From: Mantamonas sphyraenae STR306
Taxonomy: Eukaryota; Protista; CRuMs
DNA length: 64,000 bases
Assembly: GCA_026936335.1 (NCBI GenBank)
Contig: JAPMXV010000056.1
Location: 310,001 to 374,000, forward strand
Direction of reading: 5' to 3'
Positions 1 to 13,051 of this stretch are shown here, piece by piece. Under the pieces are notes generated by a model, which worked only from the letters and a program-made list of their open reading frames with translations, had not been told where the DNA came from and did no database searches. Both the position numbers and the translations under genes were made by a program. Position 1 is the first letter of the stretch. The number at the start of each line of letters is the position of its first letter.

Positions 1-3000
1 CACTGGTCGACCCTGCATGCTGCCCCGTCGGCGTAAACAGATACTCCAGCATGTCCGCCTTGATCTTGGCCACCGATTCGGCTTCAATGCGTCCCTTGGG
101 GTAGCGCTTGCCCGAAAACGTCAGACGCAGGTACAGGAGGGTGCGGAACAGAATGACCTCCAAATCGTCGGCGTCTGCGCCTTCGTCTCGCCGCAGACGT
201 GCCAGCTCCTGCAACAGGTCCTTCAGCGGTGTCACATAGTCACCGAGGGCGTTGTTGAACATGTAGATGAGCGCGTTGTACAGGTGACCCTGACGACACA
301 ACTTGACCACGTTGTGAAAGTCCAGGTTGGTCACATTCATGTGTAGGATGCACTGTTCCACACGTCGCAGCAGCCCCTGCTGCTCAAAGTGGGACACCAT
401 GGCCTTCATGACCCCCGGTGACAGGGTGGGCAGCTTGTCGTTCAACACATACGGCTCCAGCAACTCTACAAACAGGCCCGCGTGTCCAATATCCCTGAAC
501 TTCCACCAGATCTGCTCAAACAGCAGGTCGGTGCGGTCGATGGTCTGGCAGTAATCAATGCACGTGCCACCCACGTTCCGGTAGTGATTGCTGATCGCCT
601 GTGTGTTCAGACCCAGCTTCAGCTCCATCGACGGCGACATGGCACTCTCCACGTACTTGAGCAGCAACTCGGCAATGTAGTCGCGTGTGATCTCGCGGAT
701 GGCCTCCATGTTGCGTGGCAGACCCACCACCGCCTTGCCGCGACCCTCGTAAAACTCCAGGGCCAGACTGAGGGCGTCCAGCCAGTCGTGGTTCACCACG
801 TGCAGCTCGATGCGGTCCTTCCACGAGAGGATGGAGACGGTCTGCACCTTGTCCACCCCCAACAGGTAGCACACGTTGCGGAAGCAGCACATGCTGTTGT
901 GAAAGCAGTTTTCCATGCTGCCCGTGGGCGAAATGAAGCGGTTGTGAAACACCAGCGCCGCGCTGGACACGTCGACCACCTCCAGTTCCTGCAGGGCAAA
1001 CGGGTCAAACACACGCAATTGAGAATCGGTGGTCAGAAGCAGCACCACCTGTTCACCCAGCCATGTGATTCCGGCCAACTCGGTGTCGGTGACATAGTCC
1101 GCCACTGGCAGAAAGTCAAGCTTCACAGGCGCACGTGGGTCGTCCTGCGAGGCAAACACTTGATGCATCTGAATCTTGGTGCCCCACACAATCGTCAAAA
1201 TGGGAGGCAATGGCTTGCGGGGCACACTGGCCTGCTTCTCCTTGCCGTTTTTGCCACTGCTGCTACTGCTGCTCCCACTGCTGCTCCCACTGCTGCTGCT
1301 GTCGGTGGGACTTGTGGCTCCGTCGGGCAGCAGCACGGGACGCCACGAGAGACACGGGAGGGCTCCCGAACGCACGTTCTTGGGCACGTCCAACGATTTA
1401 CAGATGATGACCTCAGGCTTCAGGGAAATGATGAGGCAGCGTGTCCAAGTGCAGATGGCAATGAGGGCAAAGTGGTCTGTGGGATGCTGCACGGCGCCCG
1501 GAGGCAGCACGGCCAGGGCGACGATTTGTCCGCCGCTGCCGTTGACCACACACTGCGAGTCCACCATGTGCATCATAAACATCTTGGAGATGGTGTGGAG
1601 AAACACAGTGCCTTTGGCATCCACAGAGAGCACCGAAGAACGACCCTCGATGAAATGCACATTGGTGATGGGTGCCGTGTGCTGGTCGGCAATGTTTTTC
1701 AGCACGTCCTGGTTCTTCAGCTCCCACACAAGCACCTCGCCTGAAAGATAGCCCACCACAATCCACTCGCCGTCGTCGGAGATGTCCAACGCCGTCACCG
1801 AACCATGGTTGGTCTCCTTCTCCCCCAGGATGATGCGCAGGTTCTCGCTTTTGTCAAACACAAAGATGATCCCTGTGCTCAGGCCAATCGTGATGTAGTT
1901 TGGATGCACCGCCATGGCTGCCGGTTCCCCTGCTGTGCTACGCACGTCGTCCTTGTCCAGCTTCTTGGTGATCCGTTCCATGATCGCCACCTTGCTCAGC
2001 GGCTTGCCCTTCTTGGTCCGCTTCACACGCAGCGGTGCTACCATTTCAAAGTTGCTGTCCTTGCTGTCTGCAATGGACGTCGTGCGTGTCATCTTGCTCA
2101 CGGCTGCCCCGCCTTCCTGCCCAGAGGCTGCTGCCGAGCGCCCGCTCGAGCTGCCTGCCCGTTCGTCCAACACTGCACTCGACGCCGACATCGACCGTGC
2201 TGCCAGCTGCACATAATCACAGTCGTGGGTGGGTTGAAAGTGGTGCAAGGGGATGGGGAAGGGATGGTGTAAGTCTACGCATGTGTGTGTGTGTGTCTCT
2301 CTCTCTGTGGCCAGAAATGAAGAGGTCATTTTCACCGCGTCTGTACGCGGTGGTTGCATGCATGCTCTGCCTCACCCTCACACACACACAATACACATAC
2401 ATCTCCTTCTAGGGATTCCATGAGGCCGTCCACGTCCATGGACATGCTGTCGTCTGCGCCAGAGGCCACTTCCGCCTGAAGGGCATTGTCGTCCTCATCC
2501 ACCGATTCCAACAGCCGCCGCACCTCGTCACTGCCGCCTTCCTTGCTCCCACCCGTGCCTAGAAGGGTTTCAACGCCTGGGAACTGGTCCTTTGAACCCG
2601 ATGTATGTTCTCCACTGGGTGTGCGTGTGTGTGTGTGCGTGGAGAGTGAGTGCGTGTTTGTGTCAGCTTCCCCTCCCTGCCGCTGCCTTTGCTCTGCGAC
2701 TCGTGTGCCCATTTCTCTCCTCTCTGTATGTCTCTCGTCCCTCCCTCTACGCATCTCTTCCCTCCCCCTCCCCATCCCTTCCCTCTATGCACACTCACTC
2801 GTCGTCAATGCTCGCCAGCAGATCTTCGAGCGAGACGCCAGCGACGTCCATTTCCCCCGCCCTTCCTGCAGCTCCACTCTCTCTCCTCTCCATGTCTGTC
2901 TCTTCCACTTCTCCTCCATCTCCTCCTGTGTCCATTCCTTCTCCCTTCCCGACGCCGTCACTGTCGTCGTCATGGCCCTCTGCGTCGTCCAACAGGCCCG

Positions 3001-3349
3001 TGTCGGCATCACCGCCTTCGTTACCCTGGTTTCCGCCGCCTACTCCGCCTCCAGTCAATGCCAGCAGGTCCAGGTCGTCGTCTTCGGCGAGAATGTCTTC
3101 AATGGTCAGTGTCGACGCGTCTGCGCCTGCCTCGCCGTCATGTGCGCCTGAATCGGCGCCAACTGCGCTCGGTCCTGATCCCGAGCCGCGCCGCAACGAG
3201 TCAAAGAAGGCGTCGTCGTCGTCGTCCTCCGCCAGGATGGCGTCCAGGTCCACGTTGCCATCTCCACCACCGCCTGCAGAGGTGTACGCAGACAGGTCCA
3301 GGTCCAAATCCTCGTCGCTATCGCCGAGAATTTCCTCCAGACTCGCCAT
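1..3349 (-). CDS. VPS8: Vacuolar protein sorting-associated protein 8 (CORVET subunit), 3' end runs off the window
   Basis: Inferred exons 3349-2799, 2614-2401, 2206-<1 with GT..AG introns in compatible phase. Acidic N-terminus, then WD40-like GEPAAMAVHPNYITIG..GSVTALDISDDGEWIVVGY, then the Vps8 core EPYVLNDKLPTLSPGVMKAMVSHF..VEQCILHMNVTNLDFHNVVKLC..LYNALIYMFN. Confidence 0.88.
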
Positions 3350-3391
3350 GCCGGATGGATGCGTTTGCTCGAATTGCGCACGGAGTGGAGG

Positions 3392-3392
<1 letters not shown>

Positions 3393-3430
<38 letters not shown>
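3393..3430. repeat. (CA)n microsatellite; similar tracts recur in introns and intergenic gaps throughout the window
   Basis: Directly visible CA run between the KARS stop and the VPS8 start. Similar tracts near 5795-5822, 7068-7111, 13735-13758 and 32684-32727. Confidence 0.95.
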
Positions 3431-3433
<3 letters not shown>

Positions 3434-3497
3434 AAGGAACAGAAGAAGAAGAAGCTCATTTTTTGTTGTTGCTGTTTGGTTCTTGGACAGATTGGAC

Positions 3498-5703
3498 CTA
3501 TGCCACGACATCCACGTTGCCGGCCTCGGCGTCGGCGGCGGCGGTGCTTGTGGACTCGCCTGCCTCGTTGCTGCTCTCCACGGGCTTCATGGCCGGGAAC
3601 AAGAGCACCTCACGGATGGTCGAGTTGTTGGTCATGAGCATGGTGAAGCGGTCAATGCCCAGGCCGAATCCAGCAGTGGGCGGGAGGGCATGCTCCAGGG
3701 CTTCCACGAAATCGTCGTCGCCGTCCTGTGCCTCGTCGTCACCCTCGCTCTTCTGCTTCATCTGCTCGTCGAAGCGAGCCTTCTGCACCAGCGGCATGTT
3801 CAACTCGGTGTACGCGTTCATGATCTCAAAGCGCGAGACAAACGCCTCGAAACGCTCGGTCAGATTGGGGTTGTCGCGGTGGGTCTTTGCCAGCGGGCTC
3901 ATCACCGCCGGGTGGTTGATCAAGAACGTCGGGTTGACACACTGGCTTTCCAGGAACTCGCCAATGAGCTCATCCAAAAGGCGAGCGCAGGTGAGCGGAG
4001 GCGTGGGCTCCACACCCATCTTGGCACACACACCAATCAGGAACTTCTTGGCGTCCTCGCTGGCCAGATCCTGCGGGAACTCCACCTCACAGATCTTTTC
4101 CAGTTCCGGCACAATGTCGATGCGCTTCCAGGGGCGGGAAAAGTCGATGGTGAGCGCCTCGTCGGAGCCGTGCGGGGTGTACTCAAAGGTGAGCGAGCCC
4201 TGGATCTTCTCCACAATGTTGCAAGCCATCTCCTCGGCCATGTCCATCAGGTCGTTGTAGTCGTGGTAGGCGGCATAGAACTCCAGGGTGGTGAACTCCG
4301 GGTTGTGTGTCTGGTCCATGCCCTCGTTGCGGAACACACGACCAATCTCATAGACCTTGTCCAGTCCACCCACCACACTTCTTCAGGAACAGCTCGGGCG
4401 CAATGCGCAGGAACAGGTCCATGTTGAGCTCGTTGTGGTGCGTCTCAAACGGACGCGCGGTGGCACCACCGGCCTTGAAGTCCATCATGGGGGTCTCCAC
4501 CTCCAGGAAGCCAAGGTCGTCCAAGTAGCGACGGATGCCCGAAATGATGGCAGCACGCGTCTTGAACACCTCCACGGAGCTCTGGTTGCAAATCAGATCC
4601 AGGTAGCGCTTGCGGTAGCGGATCTCGTTGTCCTTGAGACCACTCTGGGCCGGGAGCACATGGAGACAGGGCGACAGGAGCACCATGTTGCTTGCATACA
4701 GAGTGAACTCACCCGACTTGCTGTAGCCCGGATGACCCGTGCAGCCGACAATGTCACCACGACGCAACAGGGTGTGCAACTCGATAAAGTCATACTCGGC
4801 ACTCTGGGCATCGGCCATGACCTGCACACGCACTCCGTCCTGCATGAGGTCGTAGAACAGCAGCTTCTGGCCAGACGCACGCTTGCTGTACAACCTGCCT
4901 GTGATCGACACCGTCACGCCCGTCCTGATGTCCCCATTGTTCAGGCCCACGTTGTACGCCTTGACAAACTCACGCACATCCATGTCCGTGTGGAACTTGT
5001 GCGGGTACGCCGTCTTGCCCTTGGCCTCGTACTCTGCAATGTCCTTCAGGCGGTTCTCGTAGTATGCCTGGGAGCACCAGAGGGTGGAGGTTCACACAGA
5101 TGTGATGCATGTTTCCATGTGTGTGTGTGTTGTGTGTCAGTGCGCTTGTTTGGCGTCGGGTGCAAGGCGAGAGAGGCAAAGCCCCGTCCTTGGTGCGGCA
5201 CCGGGGTGTGTTCGCCGAAATGCGCTCGCGTATGGAAAACCCTCGCCGGCCTTACATTGGCGTCCTTCTCGTCCACTGCATCCAGCTTGAGCTTTTCCTG
5301 CTTGGGTCCGGCCTCAGCCTCCTTGGCAGCCTGTGCACAGAGGGCAATGGGTGGAGGGAGAGTGAGTGACGGGTGTTGGACGGCAGAGAAGCTTGGGCGT
5401 GACGTACGCGTTCGGCAGCCTTCTTCTTCTTGGCCTCCTCCTTCTTGCGCTGCTTCTCCAGCTTCTTGAGCTGGCTGTGGGAGGTGAGAAAAGTGACAAC
5501 AGAGGGGACAAAGGAGCATTGAAGGGTTGTGAAAATCAAAGTGGCGTGTGTGAGCAGTCAAAAAAAGCAGCACGGACGAGTGCAACACCCAGGGGCACAC
5601 ATGCGACGCACTTCTTGCTCAGCTTCTGCTCGCCTTCCTGGACAGGCTGCTGCTCAGTGGGCGGCTGGTCTTCTTCTTGCTTCGACGACGGCTGGTTGCT
5701 CAT
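3498..5703 (-). CDS. KARS: Lysyl-tRNA synthetase, class II, cytosolic type (3 introns; apparent frameshift near 4370)
   Basis: Anticodon OB fold ([18 protein letters not shown]), then [64 protein letters not shown] and [14 protein letters not shown]. Confidence 0.97.
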
Positions 5704-5849
5704 TGTGCGTGTGGTTGGAGATTTGGGTGGTTGCGAGGGCGTGCGGGGATCGTCGGAGTTGGCAGCAAGACAAAGAAGTTGCCTGCAACAACAGCACACA
5801 CACGCACACACACACACACACAAGCAAGCACTGTGGGAAGGGGTTGATC

Positions 5850-6488
5850 ATGAGCACAGCAAACGCAAACGCAAACGCAAACGCAAAGGCAGTGGAGGAG
5901 GTGATCATCGCAGTGGGCAGCACAAACCCGGCCAAACTGCGGGCTATGGAGCTTGTGGCCGATTCCCTCTTTGCCCATCTGGGCTCCAATGCACCCACAG
6001 TGAGTGTGGTGGGTGTCAAGACAAATTCGGGTGTCTCTGATCAGCCGTTTGGGGCAAAGGAGACGATTCGTGGGGCGATCACACGGGCCAAAGGAGCGTT
6101 GGAAGCGGGTGAGGCAACGTACGGCGTGGGGATGGAAGGAGGCATTGTAACCATAGAGGGGATGTACTTCCAGGTGGGCTGGTTTGCCGTGGTGGACCAG
6201 GAGGGCAAGGTGGGGTTGGGGAGCTCGGCCATGTTGCCCCTGAGCAGTGCCATGGTGACCAAGCTGAGAGATACAGGCATGGAAATGGGCGATCTCATGG
6301 ACGAGATGACGGGTCAAACCGATGTCAAGCGAAAGGGGGGCATCATGGGCGTGGTCACCCATGGGGTGGTCGACCGAAGTGCCGCCTACAGCACAGGCGT
6401 TGCATTTGCCTTTGCTCCGTTTCTGGCCGAAGGGAAATTCTACGAAGGTTACTCTGTGGAACAGGAGGGCGAAGGGACGGAGGAGTGA
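5850..6488 (+). CDS. yjjX: Non-canonical purine NTP phosphatase (inosine/xanthosine triphosphatase, YjjX/DUF84 family)
   Basis: IAVGSTNPAK, SGVSDQPFG.KETIRGAITRAK, GVGMEGGI, EMGDLMDE..DVKRKGGIMGVVTHGVVDRS. Intronless. Confidence 0.9.
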   Translation: MSTANANANANAKAVEEVIIAVGSTNPAKLRAMELVADSLFAHLGSNAPTVSVVGVKTNSGVSDQPFGAKETIRGAITRAKGALEAGEATYGVGMEGGIVTIEGMYFQVGWFAVVDQEGKVGLGSSAMLPLSSAMVTKLRDTGMEMGDLMDEMTGQTDVKRKGGIMGVVTHGVVDRSAAYSTGVAFAFAPFLAEGKFYEGYSVEQEGEGTEE

Positions 6489-6575
6489 ACGGGGGTGGAG
6501 GGAGGGAGGGAGTTGCGCCAAACGAACCAATTCTTCCGCACAACTTTCATTCCATCTGTTGCATCATCCTTCATC

Positions 6576-7067
6576 ATGGCTGAGCAGGAAATGAGTGAAA
6601 TCCCTGCCGGGGACATGAAAGGCAACCCGGTGTCGGTGAACAGTGACCTGCAAGACGGCGACGAAGAGATTCACATCCGTGCCATCCACCGTGTCATCCA
6701 CGACCGGCCCGGCAGGATCATCGGCGTGTGCTTTGCCGTCTCCATTGTTCTCATTGCCATCCCATGGGTGGTTGGTCTGGAAATCACAGACATTGGCAAC
6801 TTCTACGCACGTCAAGACCCAATTGCGTGAGTTTTTGTGTTGTGCACCCGTGTCACACCGCTGCCGTCCGTGGGAAAGCGCGCACTTCCCACCGCGCCCC
6901 TCGGCCACAGCTTCCCATCGTCTGCATGTGTCCCAGCCATGCGCATGTGTACACTGTGCACCGTGGTGCATGCTGTGTGTCTTCTCTGTGTCTCTGAGAT
7001 CCTCCCATGGGAGTCACACCGGGAAGCTGAGCTTTTTGTGCGTTTTGGCTCCCACTCGCCCGTGTGT

Positions 7068-7100
<33 letters not shown>

Positions 7101-9861
7101 ACACACACACACCGGGTGCATTCGATCACACCTTTTCCACACACATCGACAACGTTTTTGGTTTTTGTTTTCCATCCAGGACGACACAAGATCGGTTGTA
7201 AGTAATGCAATCGGCTGACGTTTGACTTTTTGCGTGCAACCCTTCCACAGCGAAAAGTACGATGCGTACACCTCTCTGGCCCAGTTCAAGCGTGAAGAAC
7301 AGGCTGGAAACGATGTTCAACCTCAACAGAGGCAGGCACTGGATGGCTTCTCCATCATCTACATGGTGCCGACGTCGGCGAGTGATCGCAACATCTTCAC
7401 AGCGAAGCGACTCGACAAGATTAAGGAGATTGAAACGAAGCTGCAGAGTGTGCCCAACTGGAGCAAGTACTGCCTGCGCGTGCCCAACCTCAATCTGACG
7501 GACTGTGCCAAGCCCCTGTCGCCCGTGGAGAATCTGGGATTCTACGACAGCAACGGGACGCAAGTGGATGTGCCTGCACGTCTCAACACCCTGGCCAATC
7601 TGCCCGAGAATGTGTTGCTCACCTCCGGGGCGTCCTACTTCTTTGACAGGGAGTTTGGACCCAGCAATCCGACGAGCAAGTTTACCCGCACCAACCTCGC
7701 CTTTGGCGGCCCGCTGGAAGGCTACAAGAACATTGTGGACCAGCGCAAGCGTTTCGAGCAGCAAAACAAGCTGGTGAGCACGGCCGAGGAGTTTGACAAG
7801 ATCCTGTCGCCGTACAGGAACGACACGGGCAACAGCCTCAACGATCCGGATCTGCAGATCCTGTACCTGGGAGCACACGTGACAAACCTTGAGGTGAACC
7901 GTGTGATCAACGCGGATCTGACTCTGTTTGCCATCTCGGTGGTGATTGTGCTTGCCATCGTGATGGTGCACACGGGCAGCCAGTTCCTCGCGGGCATGGC
8001 CATCCTGCACATTGTCGGCTCCGCACTCATCTCTCTGTTCTTCTATCGCATTGTGTTCTGGTTCCGTGTCATGACCCAACAGAACCTGTTGGCCCTGTTC
8101 ATCGTCCTGGGTGTGGGTGCCGACGACGTCTTTGTGTACAAAGATGCCTGGATGCAATCCTACCAAGCTGGACGCCAGGCCAATGCCAACATGCTCAACC
8201 GCATCGCATGGACATGGAACAGGTCTGCCACTGCCATGCTTACCACCTCACTCACCTCGGCTGCTGCCTTCTTTGCCACCGCAGTCAACCCCATCCCTTC
8301 CATCCGAGTGCTGGGCATCTACACAGCCACCTGCATCCTGGTCAACTTTGCCCTTGTCATCACCTACTTCCCGGCTGTCGTCGTCATCTGGTCCCGCAAG
8401 GGCTGGGAGGCACAGTGCTGCGGCAAGGAACGCGAATCTCCCGAGGCGGCCGCTGCTCGCCTCAAGGACGTGCCCCCCGAGGCATTGGACCCCGAGGCTG
8501 GCTTTGACATGGGTGGACAGTGTGGTACAAAGGTGCAGAAGCACACAGAGAAGCTGTCGGTCAAGGAACAGCGTCCCGTGGAGCGATTCTTCCACTCGAC
8601 CTACACCCCGTTCCTGTACCGTGCACGCTGGGCGGTGATTGCCGTGTCGCTGGCCATGGTGATTGTGGGCGCTGTGTATTCAGCTCAGTTGCAGGTGGAG
8701 GAGGGCAACCCCAGCTTCTTCCCGGACAACTACTTCATCAACGTCTTCATTCGTATTGCCAACGAACGATTCCGCGCAGCCGCCCAGAGCTTTGTGGTGC
8801 CCGTGTACACTGTGTACGGCATTGCACCGCCTTATATCGATCGCACGGGACTGGATGCGAACGGACGATTGGATGGCACGCCCATCTTTGCCACGGAGAA
8901 GCAATTCAACCTGAAGAGTCCGGCCTCGCAGTTGTCCGTGCTCAAGACCTGCGAGGAGGCCGCCAAGAAGAGTCTGGTGCTGCAGGGACAGGTCAAGTGC
9001 TTCATGCAGGCGTTCAAGGAGTACATCAACGAGACCAGCGGCACATTCCCGGTGGCAGAGGGTGACTTTGTGACCAAACTGGGTGACTTCCTCAAGGTGA
9101 AGAAGTACGAGGATCAAGGGTACCCCAACCTGGTGGACATCAAGGATGGTCGTGTGCGCTACGCCATTGTGCAGTACAACTCCTCCATGCCTCTGGTGCC
9201 ATCGTATTCGCGCATGCAGAAGGACTACGCCGCATGGGAGGCCTTCCAGAAGGAACGCAACGCAGACAGCCCTGACGGTGTCAACACAGCGTACCAGACC
9301 ACGTATGTGTGGTCCAACATGCGCACACAGGAGGTCCTCATCGAGAACGCCCTCATCGGCGTCGCCGTCTCTATGGTCCTCGCCTTCTTTGTGCTCGTCA
9401 TCGTCAGCCGCAACCTCATCATCTCGGCTCTGGCCACCCTCTCCATTGCCTGTGTCGTCATCTGCATGATTGGTTTCATCCCGCTGGCTGGCCTCACACT
9501 TGGCTTCATGGAAAGCATCTGCATCACGGTCCTCGTCGGTCTCAGCGTCGACTTTGTGGTCCATTTGGCCATTGCCTATCGTGACAGCGAACGTGCCACC
9601 CGCTACGAGCGTGTCCAGGATGCCTTCACCGAACTGGGTGTGTCCATCTTGGGCGGTGCGGCCACCACGGTCTGCACCACCTCCTCTCTCTTCTTCACCA
9701 CAGTGGTGCTTCTGTACAGGTTCGGCCAGATCGTCCTTGTGGCAATCTTGTTGAGCTTCTTTTTCGCCAACGGCCTCTTTATGGTGCTCATGATGATGAT
9801 GGGCCCCGAGGGCGAAACGGGTGATCTGAAGAAGTGGTGGAAACGCATCCGGGGTCAGTAG
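6576..9861 (+). CDS. Patched/Dispatched-family RND membrane protein with a sterol-sensing domain
   Basis: Exons 6576-6826 and 7251-9861. About 12 TM helices with two large luminal loops. GxxxDD (LGVGADDVFV) in TM4 and GLSVDFVVH in TM10, as in Dispatched-like proteins. Confidence 0.88.
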
Positions 9862-10063
9862 AAGTATAAGGAAGCAATGAATGAATAACATCAGATCCGA
9901 CACGTCTCCAAGCATGCCTGACGGCTGGATAGTGTGTGCGGTGCACTAGAGCGAGGACTTTGAAACGACCGCCTGATGGGTATTGAAATTTTGATTGAAA
10001 GTGGAATTCATCCAGGGTGTCGTATGATGGGAATTTGTTGTGAATCAAAATTTTCATTGTGGT

Positions 10064-11369
10064 TTACGCGTCGATCTCGCGGATGCCGTCAAACTTGCTG
10101 TCTTGCATCACGGTTGCTGCAGCGACGCCTCCGCCACGCGTGGAGGCTTCTCGTGTCTTGCCCTTGCTGGGCCGATCGTCCATGGAGTAGCTGGACTCCA
10201 TGGTGCGCGACATGGAAAAGGGGTTCTGGCCGGCCTCCAGAGCCTTCTTGACCTTCTTGTAGATGATGAGGGCATAGGGCAGGGAGAAAACGATGCCGTT
10301 GCACGTGACGGACACAGTCATACCCATGATGAAGCCGAAGCTTGGAGGACCATCCTGCTTGGCAAACACGGTGAGCAAAGGGAAGGCCCACACACACAGA
10401 AAGACGGCAGGAAAGGCAAGGAGACGGCTGACGACCTTGCGCTCACGCTTGGACAGGGAACGCATGACGTCCTTGTAGTTGCCCAGCAGCTTGTAGGCCA
10501 CTGCAGAGTACACGATGATCATGAGGAAGAACACTGTGATCATGGGCACAAAGAAGAGCCAGATGTCGTTCAGCGGGTCCAGGAACCAGCAGTTGGCATT
10601 CTGCACAGCCCTGCCAAACTGTGTGCATGATGTGCATGGGATTTCGGGTGTGAGACATAGGGTGAACACCCTGGGGGGTTGAGCGGGGGCGGGAAAAGGC
10701 CAGCGGCCGGGAAACGACGGAGCGCCGACGGGAGTTGGAGAAACACACAGTGCCAAGGGCCATGGTGGGAGGGGGAAATGGACGGTGCTTTGGAGGGAGG
10801 GAGGGAATGGAGAGAGAGGGAGGGCATGATGAGACGTACAAAGCCAGCAGCAAGGGAGATGATGCCAAAGGTGAGGGAAACACCCCAGCAGAGGAAAAAG
10901 GCAACTTTGTCGACGCGGCGTCCGGCAAGCTCCTTGGTTTCGGCACTGCCATTCTTGTAGATGACCACCATGAGACGCACGGCAGTGGCCAGGGCCCAGA
11001 ACACCAGAGACAAGTCAAAGGTTTGGATCATGACACCACGCAGCTCACACCAACCGTCAGCACGCATGTCCTCTGAGAAGCCGTCGACCAAGGCAAGGAT
11101 GAACGCGGAAAAGACAACGTAGGCTGTGGGGAAAGCATGGGCAGATGGTGTTGGGTCGTAGCGGGGGAGGTTAGACACAGACATGGGCAAGCCACAAGTG
11201 GGCATGGGTGGAATGAAAAGGTACCTGGCATATGGAGCGGGCGGTTCTTGTGCATCTTCAAGGCAAAGAAGGCAACGAGGACGGCACCAGAGAAAGCAAA
11301 GGAGGTAAAGGCCAGGACACGCCTGGTGACTGAGATGGCCAGATCCTGCTCAGGGGTGAAGGAGGACAT
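10064..11369 (-). CDS. 7TM GPCR-like protein, cAMP-receptor/GCR1-like family (2 introns)
   Basis: Hydrophobic helices spread over three ORF segments. WCELRGVMIQTFDLSLVFW (TM3 Cys), ANCWF (ECL2), RLLAFPAVFLCVWAFP (TM6). Confidence 0.7.
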
Positions 11370-11426
11370 CGTGGGATGAAGGGGTTGGGGGGGGTGGGGA
11401 AAAAGATTGGCTGAGGATGGGCAAAG

Positions 11427-12906
11427 TCAAACGTTCATCATGACACGTGCAGGATCACCAGAGGAAGGTGTGGAGGCACGGTTGTTGCGAGCATGGGTGG
11501 GTAGCATGGGAGCCCAATCGAGAGGAGTGCCTGCGGGGGGAAGACAGCAGACCATGCGGAGGTTTGTGATGAGACCCCGATCAAACGGGGTGGGCATGAT
11601 TCCCAAGCCACGAAGGTAGGGGATGGAATCATACTTGATCATCTCCCAGGTGGTGGCATTGGTGACCATGAGGTAGGTGTGGAAACACCACATGGAACAG
11701 GAGATGAGGAGAAAGACCCCACAGATGGCCTGCATGATCATCAAGGGAAGGTTGTTGAGCATCCACACGGTGACATCACGTGTGCTCACATAGGCTGAGC
11801 CCAGGAGCTGCAGACCCCAGAGCATGAGGATGCTTTCCATCAGGAGCATCCACCAGAAGCGAGCATGGTTCCGTTCACCCACACACGTGGACACAAAGAA
11901 GCAGTGGTGGTCGAACCGAAGCACACATCGTCCACAGAACTGACAGTGCTTGGCACGCACAGGCAACACAATGTTGCACTCCAGACACAACTCCTCCTCT
12001 CTGTACACACGGTCAGACTGTGCCGTTGCCGATGGATACCCATTCTCTGGCGTCAGTGCCCCCATTGCTCTCCTCATCGTTGTTGTTGCTGTTGTTGTTG
12101 TCGTCGTCGTTGTGCTTGTTGTTGTTCGCTGTTCAGACCCCAACAGTCGTTGGGTCTCCTGCGTATGCTGTGCTTCCAAATCATCATCATCATCATCATC
12201 ATCATCGTCATCATCTCTATGACTATCACCAACTCCAGTGCTTCCATCACGAGAACTATGATGTTTGTCCCCATGCCCATGGGCTTGCTGAGTCTCATCC
12301 TGGCTCACCACCTGTACCCCTGCCCCATGTCCATCCAATGGATCCTTGCTCTGCAATGTGCCCGTCCTGTTGCTCCCTTCCCCATCCTCTTCCCTCCCAG
12401 AATCCAATGCCAGCAGCGACGTCAGCCGTGCTCGCGGGGCTCCCGGAAGAGCCCTTCGTGTCCGCCTCCCCTGACTCGTTTGCAACTCCTGTGGTCGTTC
12501 TGTGATCCATGTTCCCCATGTCATCGTCACACGGTCATCGCGGTATGGATGCAGAAGGTGTGGTGGGTGGGTGCATGGGTGGGTTGTTCCGTGTGTCAGT
12601 CGTTGTGGGTCCGGTGGGAAGGTAGGCGCCAAAAACGCTTCCTGCACACACCACACACGAGTGCGTACCTCGCAACACGCGCAGCTTGGGAAGACGCTCC
12701 CGCTGTTCAATGTAGCCTGGAGAGGAGCCCCAGGTGCGATTGTACAAGATCCAAGCTGCAAAGAGGACAGCGAGGAAGGAGAAGCAGTAGAGGTAGTTGC
12801 CGTGTTGGATCAGTTGTTGTTTCCACGTGTTGTCTGTCCACAGCATCAGTGCCAACGCTGTCCCATGCACTGCATTCACAAAATACAATGACACCCGGTT
12901 GGGCAT
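11427..12906 (-). CDS. DHHC palmitoyl S-acyltransferase
   Basis: CLECNIVLPVRAKHCQFCGRCVLRFDHHC..CVGERNH, TTWE and PFDRGLITN motifs. SSPGY follows TM2. Intron 12500-12668 (GT..AG, phase compatible). Confidence 0.93.
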
Positions 12907-13051
12907 GGGTGCTGCTCTACGGGGCATGGGGTCGGATTGGCCGGCCCTGCGCCGTGGCAACCAGTTCCGGCCCACACACACCCCCAACCACACACACAAA
13001 CACCCCCACCCAAACACCCCCACACAAACACACAAGAGCACCCTACAAACC

